Below are positions 6,058 to 17,090 of a DNA stretch of 32,000 nucleotides, piece after piece. How positions within the stretch are numbered: position 1 is the first letter of the stretch; each line of letters starts with the position of its first letter. Both the position numbers and the translations under genes were made by a program. Location of the stretch: contig JAIPHU010000003.1 of NCBI GenBank assembly GCA_021735045.1, forward strand, positions 42,476 through 74,475, in the 5' to 3' direction. The notes under the pieces are model-generated. The model saw only the letters and a program-made list of their open reading frames with translations. It made no database searches and was not told the origin of the DNA. Origin of the DNA: Candidatus Omnitrophota bacterium (GTDB lineage Bacteria > Omnitrophota > Gorgyraeia > Duberdicusellales > 4484-171).

Positions 6058-7887
6058 TTACTCAACCGTGACCGACTTAGCCAGATTACGCGGCTGGTCT
6101 ATCTCTGCCCCTAAGTTTCTTGCTACCGAATAAGCAAGTAGTTGTAGGGCTACAGCCACAAGTAAAGGTGAGAGTTCTTGATAGTTTAATCTGGGAATAT
6201 AAATAGCTTGGTCTGCAAAAGGAAGAATTTCTTTGTCGGCTGGATTAATTATTGCCAGAATCTTTCCTTTTCGAGCTTTTATCTCCTGCAAATTAGAAGC
6301 CATCTTCTCATAAAGATGATCCTTAGGGGCAATGCAGACTACGGCTCGATACTCATCAATTAAGGCAATCGGGCCATGTTTCATCTCCCCGGCCGGATAA
6401 CCTTCTGCTGGGATATAAGATATCTCTTTTAATTTAAGAGCTCCTTCTAGGGCTGAAGGAAAATTTATCCCTCTTCCTAGAAAAAGAAAGCAACCCATCT
6501 TTGAAAATTTTTTGGCAATAGCCGCTATTTTTTTGTTTTGTTTTAAGATTTTTCTCTGATAAAAAGGTATCTTAGATAACTCTTTTAATATCTTTTTTCT
6601 TTCTTCTTTAGGTACAGTATTTTTTATGGTAGCTAGATGCAAGCAAAACAGATAGAGACAAATCAACTGAGTTGTATAAGCTTTAGTCGATGCAACGCCG
6701 ATTTCTGGACCAGCCGGTGTATAGATAAAGCTATCGCTTTCTCTAACCAAGCTTGAACCAATAACATTACAAATTGATAGTACTTTTGCTTTCTGCTGTT
6801 TTGCTTTTTTTAAAGCAGCTAAAGTATCTGCTGTTTCTCCTGATTGAGAGATAGCAATAAATAAATCTCCTTTGCTCACGTTAAAATCTCGATAACGAAA
6901 CTCAGAAGATGTGTCGACCTCAACTTTAATTTTGGTGTGTCGTTCTAGAAAATATTTAGCTACATAAGCAGCATGAAAGGCCGTACCGCAAGCGGTAATA
7001 AAAATATTTTTTATTCCTTTTAAGTATTTTTTGGTCAGTTTTAGCTGGTCAAAGTTAATTTTACTATCTTTTAGATATATATCTAAACTATCTTGCAAGA
7101 CTTTGGGTTGCTCATAAATTTCTTTGAGCATAAAGTGCTTAAAGCCTTTTTTCTTAGCCTCCTCAGTTTTTATTTCTATTTTTTCTTTTTTTACCCTTAG
7201 CTTTTTACCCTCAAAGCTATAAAGTTTTATTTTATTTTCTTCTAACACAGCTATTTGTTTTTCTTTTAAATAGATAACTTCTTTAGCTAAAGGAATTACA
7301 GCCGGTAAGTCTGAGGCTAAAAAAAACCCTTTATCCGCAACCCCAATTAAAAGCGGGCTTCTGTGACGAACCGCTACAATCTTATCTGGTTCAGATTCTG
7401 ACAAAACACCTAAAGCAAAAGCCCCTTTAAGTTTTTTAACTGCAGAAGCTACAGCTTTTTCAATAGAGTTTTTATAAAAACTTGCGATTAAGTTTGCCAC
7501 CACTTCTGAATCTGTATCGGTTTTAAACTTATAGCCTTTCTTCTTTAATTTCTTTTTTAGGTCAAGATGGTTTTCTATAATTCCATTATGAACAACATAT
7601 ATATTTTTCTTAAAACTTTTATGCGGATGAGCGTTCAACTTTACCGGCTTGCCGTGTGTAGCCCAGCGAGTATGGAGTAAGGCAGATGAGTATTTGTCAT
7701 TTAGTTTAGCTCCTAAATCTTTTTTAAGTTTTTGGATTTTCCCAGAATTTTTTTGACAGAGAAATTTCTCCAGATTATAAGAGACTACCCCACAAGAGTC
7801 ATACCCGCGATACTCTAACCTTTTCAGCCCCTCTATAAGACAAGAAAGCTTAACCTCTTTTCCTTTATATCCAAAAATACCGCACAT
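6058..7887 (-). CDS. glmS: glutamine--fructose-6-phosphate aminotransferase (isomerizing)
   Basis: 609-aa ORF with MCGIFGY N-terminus, two SIS domains and a C-terminal ...NLAKSVTVE. Confidence 0.95.
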   Translation of the reverse strand: MCGIFGYKGKEVKLSCLIEGLKRLEYRGYDSCGVVSYNLEKFLCQKNSGKIQKLKKDLGAKLNDKYSSALLHTRWATHGKPVKLNAHPHKSFKKNIYVVHNGIIENHLDLKKKLKKKGYKFKTDTDSEVVANLIASFYKNSIEKAVASAVKKLKGAFALGVLSESEPDKIVAVRHRSPLLIGVADKGFFLASDLPAVIPLAKEVIYLKEKQIAVLEENKIKLYSFEGKKLRVKKEKIEIKTEEAKKKGFKHFMLKEIYEQPKVLQDSLDIYLKDSKINFDQLKLTKKYLKGIKNIFITACGTAFHAAYVAKYFLERHTKIKVEVDTSSEFRYRDFNVSKGDLFIAISQSGETADTLAALKKAKQQKAKVLSICNVIGSSLVRESDSFIYTPAGPEIGVASTKAYTTQLICLYLFCLHLATIKNTVPKEERKKILKELSKIPFYQRKILKQNKKIAAIAKKFSKMGCFLFLGRGINFPSALEGALKLKEISYIPAEGYPAGEMKHGPIALIDEYRAVVCIAPKDHLYEKMASNLQEIKARKGKILAIINPADKEILPFADQAIYIPRLNYQELSPLLVAVALQLLAYSVARNLGAEIDQPRNLAKSVTVE

Positions 7888-8339
7888 TATATTTTTTGAT
7901 TATTAACTTTTTTTCTTAAAAAGAAATCTTTTATATTCTTGTTAGTAAAATACAAAATAACTATAGAAAAAAATAAAAATTGGGGGAAAGCAAAAATTAT
8001 AGAAGCTGGCTGAATTACAGCTGCTAAGATAAAAAGAATAACAACAAAAACAGAGAACCAAACCATAACTTTTCTAGCTAGCTCTTTGCGATAAAGGATA
8101 CCTATACCTGAAGATAAAAGAAACGCTGAAATAATTAAAGATATTTGATTAGCTATTTTTATTTGATCTTTTTTTATTTGGGAGCTAATTTCATTTTGCC
8201 CAATTCTTTTTAAAGAATCTCTATAGCTATTATGATCTAAAGTAAAATAGTTAACTAGAGAAAGCAGTCCAAAGATAACAATTAATACACCTAAGATCAA
8301 GACTCCTTTAGGATTTTTTAGTTGTTCTTTGTTTTGCAT
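7887..8339 (-). CDS. hypothetical multi-pass membrane protein
   Basis: 150-aa ORF with about four hydrophobic helices. No SD upstream (TACTCCTTCCC). Its stop overlaps the glmS start by 1 nt. Confidence 0.5.
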   Translation of the reverse strand: MQNKEQLKNPKGVLILGVLIVIFGLLSLVNYFTLDHNSYRDSLKRIGQNEISSQIKKDQIKIANQISLIISAFLLSSGIGILYRKELARKVMVWFSVFVVILFILAAVIQPASIIFAFPQFLFFSIVILYFTNKNIKDFFLRKKVNNQKI

Positions 8340-8384
8340 GGGAAGGAGTAAAGTTGTTTAAGAAAATAATAGCACATCCAAATT

Positions 8385-8433
8385 ATGCAAACTTCGGCGT
8401 AAGCCGAAGCTAGGCCGAAGGCCTTTTTTGCAT
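8385..8433 (-). terminator. double-hairpin element enclosed by a 7-bp stem; likely terminator after tRNA-Glu
   Basis: Minus strand: ATGCAAA-aaa-GGCC TTC GGCC-tag-CTTCGGC TTAC GCCGAAG-TTTGCAT, followed by AATTT. GC-rich hairpins in an AT-rich spacer. Confidence 0.4.
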
Positions 8434-8588
8434 CCAGCAACACTTTAATGCTAACTCTTGCTTTTACTATTACCTACTAGTTTTTAAAAAAACCTATAGT
8501 CTATCATAAGTAAAAGCTGAAGACGTTGGCTGAAGAATTATCTCCGTTTTTGATTTACAAATAACATTTTTAATACAAATAAAAACAA

Positions 8589-8663
8589 CGTCCCCAGCCG
8601 GATTTGAACCGGCGCCGCAGGCTCGAAAGGCCCGTGTCCTAGACCAGGCTAGACGATGGGGAC
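8589..8663 (-). tRNA. tRNA-Glu (anticodon UUC)
   Basis: Manual cloverleaf: GTCCCCA/TGGGGAC acceptor, anticodon stem CGGGC/GCCTG with loop CTTTCGA, T arm GCCGG-TTCAAAT-CCGGC, discriminator G. Confidence 0.9.
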
Positions 8664-8721
8664 GATTTCATAATTTTAAGTTTTATTTCTAAAATGTCAA
8701 TGAATTTTCCTAATTTTATAG

Positions 8722-11163
8722 CTAACTACCCGGTACAACGTGAGCAATAGCAGCCAACTTATCTTGTTTGCCCAAGTTTATGACTTTAACTCCCTGGGTT
8801 GATCGCCCAGAAATACGAATATCGCCTACTTTGGTTCTAATCAGTATCCCTTTTTGCGTAATATACATTACTTGATCTTCAGCTTTAACCAAAAGTATTC
8901 CTTTTACTTCTCCCAATTTAGAAGAAAGTTTTATATTAATTATCCCCTTCCCGCCTCTTGATTGACTTCTATACTCTTTAATCTTAGTTCTTTTAGCAAA
9001 CCCTTTTTCAGTTGCGGTTAAAAGGAATAAATCCTCGGTCTTAAGGCTGGGTTCTATAATTCCCATGCCCAAAACTATATCTGATTTAGTTAGTTTGATT
9101 CCGCGGACTCCTTGTGACTGTCGGCCGGTAGCTCTAGCTTGCTTAACCGCAAAACGAATCGATAATCCTTTTTTAGTCGCAAGCACCAAATCATCTTTTT
9201 CTGTAGAGAGCTGAACCCCAATAAGCCTGTCTCCTTTTTTTAGGCTTATAGCAATAATCCCGGTTTTACGTGCGTTGGCAAATAATTCTAGAGAACATCT
9301 TTTAACCATACCTTTTTGGGTAGCCATAAGCAGAAAAGAGTTGGAATCAAATTCTTTTACCGAAAGAACGGCGGTAATTTGAACTTCGTTCTTTAGATTC
9401 AAAACATTAACAATGGCTCTTCCTTTTGAGGTACGAGAGCCTTGGGGAACTTCATAAGTTTTAAGCGGATAAGCTTTCCCTTCGTTAGTAAAAATTAAAA
9501 GAGTATCTTTGCTTGAAGCAACAAAAAGATGCTGAACAAAGTCTGTATCTGAGGTCGCCATGGCAGTTACCCCCCTGCCGCCTCTTTTCTGGTGCCGGTA
9601 GGTAGTAATTGGCATCCTTTTTATATACCCTAACCTACTTATCGCCACCACCATATCTTCTTCAACAATTAAATCTTCTACTTCTATTTCTTCATTTTCT
9701 GCAACAATATCAGTTCTTCGCTTGTCAGAAAATTTATCTTTAATCTCTTTTAGTTCTTCTTTTATTAACTCTTCTTGTTTCTTGCCAGAAGAAAGGATAT
9801 TATTCAAATATTGGATTCTTTTCAGGAGCTCCTTGTACTCTTGATCTATCTTTTTTCTTTCCAGAGCACAAAGCCTTTGTAACTGCATTTGTAAAATCGC
9901 CTGAGCTTGAACTTGAGATAACTTAAATTCTTTAATTAAAGTTTTTTCTGCATCTTTAGGGTCTTTAGCCTGTTTTATTATTTTTATTATTCTATCTAAA
10001 TTTTTTAATGCTATTTTTAACCCTTCGAGAATATGAGCTCTTTTTTCGGCTTTACTAAGTTGAAATTTGGTCCGCCGAATAATAACTTCTCTTCTAAAAT
10101 TTATATGATGTGATAGTATATCTTTTAAACCAAGCCTTTGAGGGGTCCTGTTAACCAAAGCCAAAAATATGGCTCCAAAGGTTGTCTTCATACTAGTATG
10201 CTTATACAATTGGTTTAAAATTATTTCTGCTTGGGCGCCTCTTTTTAGTTCAATAACTATTCTTATCCCGTCTCGATCTGATTCATCGCGAAGATCAGAA
10301 ACTCCTTCTATTTTTCCTTTATTTACAATATTAGCTATTTGTTCTAAAAGAGTGGTTTTATTCAACTGATAGGGAATTTCGGTAACTACGATGTAATTTT
10401 TATTTTTTTCTTTTTCAATAGTAGCTCTAGCTTTGATCGTAAGCTTACCCCTTCCTGTTTTATACATATCTAATATATCTGTTTTGCCACAAATAATTCC
10501 ACCGGTAGGAAAATCTGGCCCTTTTATATATTTATGAAGTTTTTTAACCGTCGCTTTTGGGTTATCAATTAGATAAGCAAGTGCATCACAAACTTCCCCT
10601 AAGTTATGGGGTGGAATATTAGTAGACATCCCCACTGCAATTCCACTTGCTCCATTACACAAAAGATTAGGTAAAACTGAAGGTAGCACTTCCGGTTCTG
10701 TAAGAGAATTGTCAAAATTAGGAAAGAAGTTTACCGTGTCTTTGTCTATATCTTGGAGCATATAATCTGATATTTTTGCCATCCGGCATTCCGAGTAACG
10801 CATCGCTGCTGCTGGGTCGCCATCGATTGAACCAAAATTTCCTTGCCCGTCAACTACCGGATAACGCAAGGAAAAATCCTGAGCCATCCTAACTAAAGCA
10901 TCATAAACTGCTGAATCTCCATGGGGATGGTACTTTCCTAAAACTTCTCCGACAACTCTGGCACTTTTTTTATAAGATTGATTGTAGCGAAGATGGATGC
11001 CTTCCATCGCATAAAGGATCCTCCTTTGGACTGGTTTCAACCCATCTCTAATATCTGGCAAAGCCCTTCCTACAATAACACTCATCGCATAAGACAGATA
11101 AGATTCCTTCATTTCTTCTTCGAGGAATCTGTTAATGATGTTTTCTTTAAAATTTTGTTTCAT
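8722..11163 (-). CDS. gyrA: DNA gyrase subunit A
   Basis: 813-aa ORF with [24 protein letters not shown] (active-site Tyr region) and a C-terminal beta-pinwheel repeat region. Confidence 0.95.
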   Translation of the reverse strand: MKQNFKENIINRFLEEEMKESYLSYAMSVIVGRALPDIRDGLKPVQRRILYAMEGIHLRYNQSYKKSARVVGEVLGKYHPHGDSAVYDALVRMAQDFSLRYPVVDGQGNFGSIDGDPAAAMRYSECRMAKISDYMLQDIDKDTVNFFPNFDNSLTEPEVLPSVLPNLLCNGASGIAVGMSTNIPPHNLGEVCDALAYLIDNPKATVKKLHKYIKGPDFPTGGIICGKTDILDMYKTGRGKLTIKARATIEKEKNKNYIVVTEIPYQLNKTTLLEQIANIVNKGKIEGVSDLRDESDRDGIRIVIELKRGAQAEIILNQLYKHTSMKTTFGAIFLALVNRTPQRLGLKDILSHHINFRREVIIRRTKFQLSKAEKRAHILEGLKIALKNLDRIIKIIKQAKDPKDAEKTLIKEFKLSQVQAQAILQMQLQRLCALERKKIDQEYKELLKRIQYLNNILSSGKKQEELIKEELKEIKDKFSDKRRTDIVAENEEIEVEDLIVEEDMVVAISRLGYIKRMPITTYRHQKRGGRGVTAMATSDTDFVQHLFVASSKDTLLIFTNEGKAYPLKTYEVPQGSRTSKGRAIVNVLNLKNEVQITAVLSVKEFDSNSFLLMATQKGMVKRCSLELFANARKTGIIAISLKKGDRLIGVQLSTEKDDLVLATKKGLSIRFAVKQARATGRQSQGVRGIKLTKSDIVLGMGIIEPSLKTEDLFLLTATEKGFAKRTKIKEYRSQSRGGKGIINIKLSSKLGEVKGILLVKAEDQVMYITQKGILIRTKVGDIRISGRSTQGVKVINLGKQDKLAAIAHVVPGS

Positions 11164-11178
11164 TTTTAAATCGCTTTT

Positions 11179-13533
<2,355 letters not shown>

Positions 13534-13809
13534 TTATTCAACCTCTATATCTACCCCTTTAATGGCGGGGAAGTTTTGTTTTATTTTTTTTTCTATTTTT
13601 CCCTTTTGTAGCCTAAGCTCATAAACAGCGCTGGATGACCGGAGAAAAAACACTATTTTTTTGTTTGGTTTGGGCTCTATCCGCAAATGTTTTACTGTTT
13701 CGGCTTTTAAGGTTTCTTTTAATATTTTTTTTATTTTTTCGTGTTCTTTTTGTTTCTGTTTGTTTTTTTGTAAATACTTATCAATTATTGTTTTAATGTG
13801 TTCTGCCAT
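13534..13809 (-). CDS. DUF721 (DciA-like) small protein
   Basis: 91-aa basic ORF between dnaN and gyrB. The pattern ...VKHLRIEP..KKIVFFLRSSSAVYELRLQKGKIEKKI fits my recollection of DUF721. Assignment rests partly on position. Confidence 0.55.
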   Translation of the reverse strand: MAEHIKTIIDKYLQKNKQKQKEHEKIKKILKETLKAETVKHLRIEPKPNKKIVFFLRSSSAVYELRLQKGKIEKKIKQNFPAIKGVDIEVE

Positions 13810-13811
13810 TA

Positions 13812-14909
13812 TTAAGTTTTCATGGGTAGAAGAAGATAAATATGGTTTTCTCTTTTTACTACCGCTGGTTTTTCTGTGCCGAAGAAATCGATTGTAACTT
13901 CTGGCTCGTTTATTTGTTTTAAGATATCTATAAAATAGTTCGGGTTAAACTCTATTTCCATTGTTTGCCCTTGATAATTTACCTCTATCTCTTCTTTTGC
14001 TTCTCCTAGTTGCGGTGTTGTTTTATAAACCATCATCTTGTTTTTTTTCAGGTTTAGTTTAACCCCTTGATACTCTGTTGTTGTTAACAAACCGATTCTT
14101 TTTAAAGAAGCCATAAAAGCTTCTCTGTTTATAGTTAACTGATCCCCTGTTTTTTTTGGTAGATACTGTGAGTAGTTAGGGAAATCCCCTTCTATAGGCC
14201 TGGCTATAATTTTGGTTTCTTGAAGATCAAACTCTATGTTTTTTTCTGAAAAAGACAGATAAAGAGGTTCTTGCCTTTCTTTGGTTATTCTGGCAACTTC
14301 TCCCACCGCTTTACTGGGAAGAATAAAAGATATTTTCTCTTCGACCCCTGCTTGGTTTTTAGAGAAATCTCTGGTTACAAAAGAGAGTCTCTTCCCGTCG
14401 GTGGCCACAAGTTTTATTTTGTTTTTTTCTAGTTCAAACAAAACCCCGCTTAAAATATAATTTACATCTTCATAGCCAACACAAAAAGAAGTTAGCCGGA
14501 TCATTTCCTCTAAAACTTCTGGTAATATTTTTATAGTTACAGCTTCTTTTTTTTCTTGGATTTTGGGAAACTCTTCTTCTTTTAAGGTGTTTATTTTAAA
14601 CTCAACTTTTCCACACTTTATTAAGAGGATATTCTTAAGTTTTTCTAAGGTTACATCCCCTTCTGGAAGCTCTCTGGCGATAGAGATAAACCTTCGCATA
14701 GGAACCAGCGCTTTACCCGGGCTTTTTACTTTGTTTTTTATATATGTAGTTATAGTGATATCAAGGTCTGTTGTTACAAACTTAATAATATCTTTCTTTG
14801 CTTCAATCAAAACACTTCCCAAAGCAAGAAAATCTTGTTTGGTTGTAGTGGGTCCGGTAACACTTTTTAGTTTCTCTACTAATTCTCTTCTATTAATAGT
14901 AATATTCAT
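13812..14909 (-). CDS. dnaN: DNA polymerase III subunit beta (sliding clamp)
   Basis: 365-aa ORF in canonical position after dnaA, with three-domain length and a ...LLPMK C-terminus. Confidence 0.9.
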   Translation of the reverse strand: MNITINRRELVEKLKSVTGPTTTKQDFLALGSVLIEAKKDIIKFVTTDLDITITTYIKNKVKSPGKALVPMRRFISIARELPEGDVTLEKLKNILLIKCGKVEFKINTLKEEEFPKIQEKKEAVTIKILPEVLEEMIRLTSFCVGYEDVNYILSGVLFELEKNKIKLVATDGKRLSFVTRDFSKNQAGVEEKISFILPSKAVGEVARITKERQEPLYLSFSEKNIEFDLQETKIIARPIEGDFPNYSQYLPKKTGDQLTINREAFMASLKRIGLLTTTEYQGVKLNLKKNKMMVYKTTPQLGEAKEEIEVNYQGQTMEIEFNPNYFIDILKQINEPEVTIDFFGTEKPAVVKRENHIYLLLPMKT

Positions 14910-15005
14910 AGTCTTAGTATAAGTAGTTGTTGTTAAAATTGTTAACTTTTGAAATATTATAACAATTATTTAAGAAAAAGAAACAATTCAATAAAAAAAA
15001 CATTA

Positions 15006-16340
15006 TTATAAGTTTTTAATTTCCTGTGCAAGGCTGTTAACTGTTGTTTTTAACTTCTCATCTTTAGTTAAAGCCTTTCTTATTTTTTTACAAGCATAAA
15101 GAATATTAGTGTGATGTTTACCCCCAAAAAAACCCCCAATTTCAGGGAGAGAACTCTCGGTCAACTCTCTTGTTAAATACATTGCAACCTGACGAGGCAA
15201 GACCAAAGTTTTACTTCTTTTAGCTTTTTTTAAATCTTCCTTGTCAACTCCATAAAAACAACTAACTTTATCCAAAATAATTTCCGGAGTAACTCTTGCG
15301 CTGATTTCGCGAACCATATCTTTTAAGATTCCTTTAGCTAGATCAACAGTGATTGTTTTATTTTCTATTAAGGAATAAGCTATAATTCTAACTAAAGCCC
15401 CCTCTAGTTCGCGGATATTTGAAGAGATATTTTCAGCAATAAAGCGGATAACTTGGGGGTCAACCTTTACTGCTTCGTTTTCTAGTTTTTTCTCTAAAAT
15501 TGCGACTCTGGTTTCATAATCCGGAGTTTGGATGTCAACAACCAAGCCCCAGTTAAAGCGGGAAACCAATCTTTCTTCTAAATCTGGAATTTCTTTCGGG
15601 GGGCGATCCGAAGAGACAACGATTTGTTTATGGTGGTCGTATAAGACATTAAACGTATGAAAAAACTCTTCCTGGGAAGCCTCTTTCCCCGAAAGAAATT
15701 GGATATCATCGATTAAAAGAATATCTATGTCTCGATATTTTTTTCTAAACTTATCCGTGTTTCTTTGCCGAATAGAAAGAATAAGGTCGTTAGCGAAGCT
15801 TTCTGAAGAAATATACTTAACTTTTGTTTGTGGGTTTAAAGAAAGCACATAATTAGAAATTGCTTGCATCAGGTGAGTTTTACCTAAACCAACTCCTCCA
15901 TATATAAAGATCGGGTTGTACGACTTTCCTGGGGCTCGGGCAACAGCTAAAGATGCAGCATGCGCCATTCGGTTTGAAGAGCCAACTACGAAATTATCAA
16001 AAGTAAAGCGGGGGTTGAGCCGCAAGGATGTTTGGGTTTTTTCTCCAAAGCTTTTATTAAAAGAACGAAAGATTTTTGTAGTTTTACTTTTAAGGATACC
16101 AGGATTTACCCGGAACTCTATATTTATTTTCTTTCCCTCAACTTCTTGGGAAATCTCTTCTATAGAAGAAAGATAGTTGCTTTCTACCCAGTTTTTAAAA
16201 AAACTGTCAGGAGCCTCTAAAACCAGATTTCCTTTAGAAGCTTCTTTGAGCTGTAAAGGAGATATCCAAGTATCAAAAGAAGTTTCTCCTAAACGTTCTT
16301 TAAGCTTTTTTTTACAATTTTCCCAAATATCTTGTTTCAT
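15006..16340 (-). CDS. dnaA: chromosomal replication initiator protein DnaA
   Basis: 444-aa ORF with Walker A GGVGLGKTHL, LLIDDIQFLSGKE and a C-terminal DNA-binding domain (...VAMYLTRELT...IGGFFGGKHHTNILYA). Confidence 0.95.
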   Translation of the reverse strand: MKQDIWENCKKKLKERLGETSFDTWISPLQLKEASKGNLVLEAPDSFFKNWVESNYLSSIEEISQEVEGKKINIEFRVNPGILKSKTTKIFRSFNKSFGEKTQTSLRLNPRFTFDNFVVGSSNRMAHAASLAVARAPGKSYNPIFIYGGVGLGKTHLMQAISNYVLSLNPQTKVKYISSESFANDLILSIRQRNTDKFRKKYRDIDILLIDDIQFLSGKEASQEEFFHTFNVLYDHHKQIVVSSDRPPKEIPDLEERLVSRFNWGLVVDIQTPDYETRVAILEKKLENEAVKVDPQVIRFIAENISSNIRELEGALVRIIAYSLIENKTITVDLAKGILKDMVREISARVTPEIILDKVSCFYGVDKEDLKKAKRSKTLVLPRQVAMYLTRELTESSLPEIGGFFGGKHHTNILYACKKIRKALTKDEKLKTTVNSLAQEIKNL

Positions 16341-16364
16341 TGACGATTTAACAAAGTTAACAAC

Positions 16365-16373
16365 TTATTCACA
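16365..16373 (+). promoter_or_regulatory. single DnaA-box-like 9-mer TTATTCACA (one mismatch to TTATCCACA) in the dnaA leader
   Basis: Read directly. It is the only close match I found in the dnaA-rpmH spacer. Confidence 0.35.
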
Positions 16374-16435
16374 TTTTTAAGGAATGATTATTTCCTGCGC
16401 GGTACCAGAAGTAACCTATTGATTTTGAATAACCA

Positions 16436-16463
16436 ATTATACCTCAATAAAATATCTTTGCAA
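16436..16463 (-). promoter_or_regulatory. sigma70-like promoter facing dnaA
   Basis: Minus strand: TTGCAA (16463-16458), 16 nt, TATAAT (16441-16436). Confidence 0.45.
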
Positions 16464-16474
16464 CTTTTTTGTAG

Positions 16475-16502
16475 TTGACACCTAATTATTTTATGCTACA
16501 AT
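16475..16502 (+). promoter_or_regulatory. sigma70-like promoter facing rpmH
   Basis: TTGACA (16475-16480), 16 nt, TACAAT (16497-16502). Divergent from the dnaA promoter. Confidence 0.5.
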
Positions 16503-16540
16503 TTCAACTTACCTGATAGTATATTGAATTTAAAAAAGGC

Positions 16541-16740
16541 GATGAGCTATATAAGTATAGTTAATTTTTGATAAAAAGATAACTAAAAGGTGCAAAATGT
16601 ATGCGTTTTTTGCCGCAGGCAAACATTCTCTAGCTATTGCCTAAGAGAATATAACGCATCCATGTAATGTATTAGACTCACAAACAGTGATGAGCTATAT
16701 AAGTATAGTTAATTTTTGATAAAAAGATAACTAAAAGGTG
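16541..16740 (+). repeat. 52-bp perfect direct repeat (16541-16592 = 16689-16740; rpmH leader including SD) bracketing a 96-bp structured insert (16593-16688)
   Basis: GATGAGCTATATAAGTATAGTTAATTTTTGATAAAAAGATAACTAAAAGGTG occurs twice, 148 bp apart. The insert folds into the stem 16597-16607/16653-16663 with one T:C mismatch, hairpin TTTGCC-GCA-GGCAAA (16609-16623) and hairpin 16625-16650. Confidence 0.85.
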
Positions 16741-16747
16741 AAAAAAC

Positions 16748-16885
16748 ATGAAAAAAAATCTAAAAACACCTAGTAATTTAAAAGGGAAAAGAAAACACGG
16801 TTTTCGTAAGAGGATGAGCTCGAAAAACGGGAAAAAAATAGTAAATCAACGGCGAAGAAAAGGGCGTAAAAAAATATCTGTATGA
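16748..16885 (+). CDS. rpmH: 50S ribosomal protein L34
   Basis: Below the ORF-track size cutoff. My translation is [45 protein letters not shown] (45 aa). The HGFRKRM..GR motif is L34-specific. Overlaps yidD in ATGA. Confidence 0.9.
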   Translation: MKKNLKTPSNLKGKRKHGFRKRMSSKNGKKIVNQRRRKGRKKISV

Positions 16886-17088
16886 GAAGGGCTGCTATCT
16901 TTTTAATCCAGATATATCAAAAACTTCCCCAATTCTTGCCTACTTCTTGCATATATATCCCAACTTGTTCTGAATATGCTAAGCAAGCTTTTGAGAAGCA
17001 TTTCTTTTTAAAGGCTTTGGGGTTGACTGTATTTCGCATCTTACGTTGTAATCCTTTTTCACGAGGTGGGTTTGACCCTGTGAGGTAA
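16882..17088 (+). CDS. yidD: membrane protein insertion efficiency factor YidD
   Basis: 68-aa ORF with the C.Y.PTCSEYA...RCNPF..GG.DPV pattern. Confidence 0.88.
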   Translation: MRRAAIFLIQIYQKLPQFLPTSCIYIPTCSEYAKQAFEKHFFLKALGLTVFRILRCNPFSRGGFDPVR

Positions 17089-17090
17089 CA

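Noticed and set aside
7888-8400. glmS ribozyme upstream of glmS
   Set aside because: The region immediately upstream of glmS is occupied by an overlapping 150-aa membrane-protein ORF, and no ribozyme-like conserved core was seen.
8413-8433. Plus-strand intrinsic terminator (GGCCGAAGGCC followed by TTTTTT)
   Set aside because: There is no plus-strand gene upstream of it in this minus-strand replichore. It is better read as part of a bidirectional or minus-strand structure after tRNA-Glu.
14910-15005. oriC with DnaA-box cluster in the dnaA-dnaN spacer
   Set aside because: The spacer is AT-rich but contains no 9-mer within two mismatches of TTATCCACA that I could find.
16541-16740. CRISPR-like reading of the 52-bp repeat pair
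   Set aside because: There are only two copies, the repeat includes the functional rpmH SD, there are no cas genes, and the same repeat-insert-repeat layout occurs with unrelated repeats at mutM and tRNA-Leu.
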